This document shows, piece after piece, positions 30,201 through 32,000 of a DNA stretch of 32,000 nucleotides (position 1 is the stretch's first letter; each line of letters begins with the position of its first letter). This DNA is from Candidatus Brocadia sp. GTDB lineage: Bacteria > Planctomycetota > Brocadiia > Brocadiales > Brocadiaceae. The stretch spans positions 4,014,274 to 4,046,273 of the forward strand of contig CP091279.1 of NCBI GenBank assembly GCA_021650915.1. Reading direction: 5' to 3'. The notes below the pieces were generated by a model. The model was given only the letters and a program-made list of their open reading frames with translations, had not been told where the DNA came from and made no database searches. A program made the position numbers and the translations under genes.

Positions 30201-30844
30201 ATATAAGGATTGTCAGGGGTAAGGCCCCGCTTGCGGTGTGCTATCACCAGATCATTATTGATCATTGCCCGCATCTGATCAAAAGACACCTCTTCAATCT
30301 TTTGCACCTCATGGGACGTCCTGAACCCATCAAAGAAATGCATAAAGGGTATCCTGGACTCAAGGGTAGCCGCCTGGGCAATCAAGGCAAAATCCATGGC
30401 CTCCTGCACGTTTTTCGAACACAGCATGGCAAACCCCGTAGAACGCGCGGCCATGACGTCAGAATGGTCGCCAAAGATGGATAATCCCTGGCATGCAAGG
30501 GAACGTGCGGTTATATGAAAGACCGTTGGTACCAGTTCTCCGGCGATCTTGTACATGTTCGGAAGAAGCAATAAAAGCCCCTGAGAACATGAAATAGTAG
30601 TTGCCAGTGCGCCCGTTGTCAGCGACCCGTGCACCGCCCCTGCAACGCCCGCCTCCGACTGCATCTGGCTTACCTTCGGCACCGATCCCCAGATATTCAC
30701 CTGTCCGGCAGCCGTCTTGACATCGCATATCTCTGCGATAGGCGAGGAAGGCGTTATGGGATAAATTGTGATAATTTCATTGGTTGCGTGCACCACGTGT
30801 GCACACGCCGTACAGCCATCAACGGTTACCATCGTCCGACTCAT
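27263..30844 (-). CDS. nifJ: Pyruvate:ferredoxin (flavodoxin) oxidoreductase
   Basis: About 1190 aa in a single chain. Ferredoxin-type clusters CIQCGQCSFVCPH and CTGCGSCVFNCP; TPP motif GGDGWGYDIGYGG. ATG 30844 is preceded by AAGGAG; the track start of 30904 is unlikely. Confidence 0.93.
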   Translation of the reverse strand: MSRTMVTVDGCTACAHVVHATNEIITIYPITPSSPIAEICDVKTAAGQVNIWGSVPKVSQMQSEAGVAGAVHGSLTTGALATTISCSQGLLLLLPNMYKIAGELVPTVFHITARSLACQGLSIFGDHSDVMAARSTGFAMLCSKNVQEAMDFALIAQAATLESRIPFMHFFDGFRTSHEVQKIEEVSFDQMRAMINNDLVIAHRKRGLTPDNPYIRGTSQNPDVYFQGRETVNKYYAATPAIVQKAMDAFAKVAGRQYKLFDYSGAPNAERIIIVMGSAGETVFNTIQALNAKGEKLGLLQVRLFRPFDVAAFADSLPASVKAIAVLDRTKEPGAIGEPLYLDVRTAIGEAMDKGTTKFKNYPVVVGGRYGLGSKDFTPAMVKAVFDNIAQGKPKNHFTIGINDDVTGTSLAYDESFTIEGKEAYRALFYGLGADGTVGANKNTIKIIGSETDNYAQGYFVYDSKKSGSTTVSHLRFGKDKILNPYLVSKANFIACHNPSFLEKFDMLSNAEEGATFLLTTSKNKDEIWDSLPVEVQEHLIAKKMKFYIIDAISLAEEIGLGTRINTIMQTAFFVISGIIPKEEAIEAIKAELKKTYIKKGEDVVKMNYASVDKALQNIVEVKVPGKVTSNVRMRPPVPEDAPEFVKKVTAKMIANKGDYLPVSAIPADGTWPTGTTQYEKRNIGVHIPEWEPDACIQCGQCSFVCPHATIRIKAYDPALLKDAPQNFKSVDATGKELTGLRFTVQVAPEDCTGCGSCVFNCPGQKKDAQGNKIPGVKAINMKLQEPLRQAEAENYQFFLDLPETDPARFNVNSVKGSQFVKPLIEYHSACAGCGETPYIKLLTQLFGDRLIIANATGCSSIYGGNLPTTPYTKRADGRGPAWSNSLFEDTAEFGLGMRLTVDKFYLQAGELLDKLAKTPAYADAKELFESLKNADQSDQEGIDKQRVRVEELKKRLSKDASSDAKSLLSLADYLVKKSVWSIGGDGWGYDIGYGGVDHVLASGENIKLLIMDTEVYSNTGGQMSKATPLGAIAQFAAGGKRTPKKNIALMMATYGKVYVAQVAFGANLAQTVRAITEAEAYNGPALIVAYSVCIAHGFDMSRGIEQQKKAVASGYWPLYRYNPQLEAQGKNPLVLDSKDPSVSFEEYAYKENRYRALKASNPEVAAALMKQAEAEIQRRWKLLKHQAAWSPV

Positions 30845-31440
30845 ACATTCTCCTTGTTGGTCTTGGTGTTGGGAAAAAATATAATGCAGAAAAACTACAA
30901 CCAAATCCCTAGAAAAAGGGGGATTCCAGGGGTAAAATACTTGCCAAAACAGAAGCTTTTACACGGTAATACGATAACTACGGAAGACACGAGGTTCTTT
31001 CAATTCAGGGATTTACAATTTCAGATACATGATTTTCCTCATCTCAAATTGTAATTTATAGATTCATTCCTTATTTTTCCCTGTGCCTCTGTGCCCCTGC
31101 GGTAAGTATAAATAATATGCAAGTAGCATACACTATTTTTCTCATTTTGTCGAGGAAATGTATTGCCTTGATGTCACCATTTTGAGATGGATTGTCTCAA
31201 TGGCATGCATTTCCAGTTTGAAATACAACATAGATATTTATACCTCATGGTACTTGGATAAAGCTTCGGCTGACATACTGTATTGAATAACTTTTTTGGA
31301 AAAACCAGACTCATTTTACATGCCGTAGCATGATTGCCAAAACGGGCACTTAATCGGTACGTCAGCTAATTTTACCAATGAAAACCAGACCATCGTACCA
31401 CGTAAAAGTTCGTTCACCAGAAACAGAGAGTAAACTTTCA

Positions 31441-31487
31441 CCAAAAACAAAAAGCCCCAATATCCTTTTACCGAATATTGGGGCTTT
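31441..31487 (-). terminator. Rho-independent terminator downstream of csp
   Basis: 13-bp perfect stem AAAGCCCCAATAT (31451-31463) / ATATTGGGGCTTT (31475-31487). On the minus strand it is followed by TTGTTTTTGG. Confidence 0.7.
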
Positions 31488-31594
31488 TATGTCGCAATTA
31501 TAATTATACGTTAAGTGACTACTCCATATTTTTATACCCCTGACCTATTGCAACTGATTGCCATTTAAAATATAAGAGTGTGCTTTTTATAATT

Positions 31595-31795
31595 TTATAA
31601 TTTAACGACGTTGGTAGCTTTATAGCCTTTCTGATCCTTTATGACCTCGAACTCGACCTTGTCACCCTCAGCTAAGGTTCTAAAACCCTCAGACTTGATT
31701 GACGTCTGATGAACAAACACATCCTGGCCATTGTCCTGGGAAATAAAACCAAATCCCTTCTTGTCATTGAACCACTTTACCGTTCCTGTTGCCAT
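31595..31795 (-). CDS. cspA: Cold-shock protein (CspA family)
   Basis: [33 protein letters not shown] carries the RNP1/RNP2 motifs KGFGFI and VFVH. 66 aa. Confidence 0.93.
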   Translation of the reverse strand: MATGTVKWFNDKKGFGFISQDNGQDVFVHQTSIKSEGFRTLAEGDKVEFEVIKDQKGYKATNVVKL

Positions 31796-31842
31796 TTACA
31801 ATCACCCCCCTTCACGTACAGAAAATTTTATTAAAAATAAAA

Positions 31843-31873
31843 AAGGCTACTCGGTTGTACCCCTCGTAGCCTT
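31843..31873 (-). terminator. Terminator-like hairpin just upstream of csp
   Basis: 8-bp stem AAGGCTAC / GTAGCCTT with a 15-nt loop. On the minus strand it is followed by TTTTTTATTTTT. It is either the terminator of an upstream gene outside the window or a csp leader structure. Confidence 0.4.
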
Positions 31874-32000
31874 ATATAACATTACTCTATGTAATATGAC
31901 TTTGTAATACAACCACATACTAAGGGGTATGATAACAAAGAGTTGATGCTAAAGCAAAAGAAAAATAAAATAATTTTATCTTGAATAGCGGAGCCGAAAA

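Noticed and set aside
31301-31390. Direct repeat AAAACCAGAC (31301-31310 and 31381-31390)
   Set aside because: Only 10 nt match. A chance occurrence in a 700-bp AT-rich region is not negligible.

Overview
This is a 32-kb bacterial chromosomal segment from a moderately AT-rich host. PFOR, a globin-coupled sensor kinase and an alpha-glucan operon suggest an anaerobic or microaerophilic lifestyle. The taxon cannot be assigned without a database search.

1-19.4 kb is core metabolism:
- the 3' end of lon
- a decayed relE/parE-type toxin-antitoxin (TA) locus hit by a 150-bp MITE
- argC, carrying an in-frame 30-nt palindromic insert
- a globin-coupled hybrid histidine kinase
- the overlapping eno / ftsB-like / proA cluster
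- a membrane protein and a TPR protein
- a four-gene alpha-glucan operon (treS-mak fusion, glgB, GH57, malQ; the last three overlap start/stop), with no glgE in the window

19.9-27.2 kb is accessory. A GC-rich ~3.2-kb insert encodes a clade-3 catalase plus an unrecognisable 423-aa helical protein with a C-terminal membrane hairpin. It is bracketed by 107-bp direct repeats (106/107 identical), and the right copy sits inside a complete 168-bp MITE flanked by CTAG. Next comes mobile-element debris: a frameshifted and truncated gene, two HTH-ORF remnants, six copies of a CAGAAAGGGGT-core motif, and foldback palindromes. This debris is interleaved with four co-oriented minus-strand TA loci: DUF4258/YgiT-zinc-finger, MazEF-like, and two BrnTA paralogs, one of them decayed.

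27.3-32 kb returns to core genes: a nifJ-type PFOR and a cold-shock protein. I saw no rRNA, tRNA or CRISPR array.

The best candidate for something undescribed is the catalase-linked unknown protein, together with the recombinase-less, repeat-bracketed way the island is embedded. All functional statements about it are inference.
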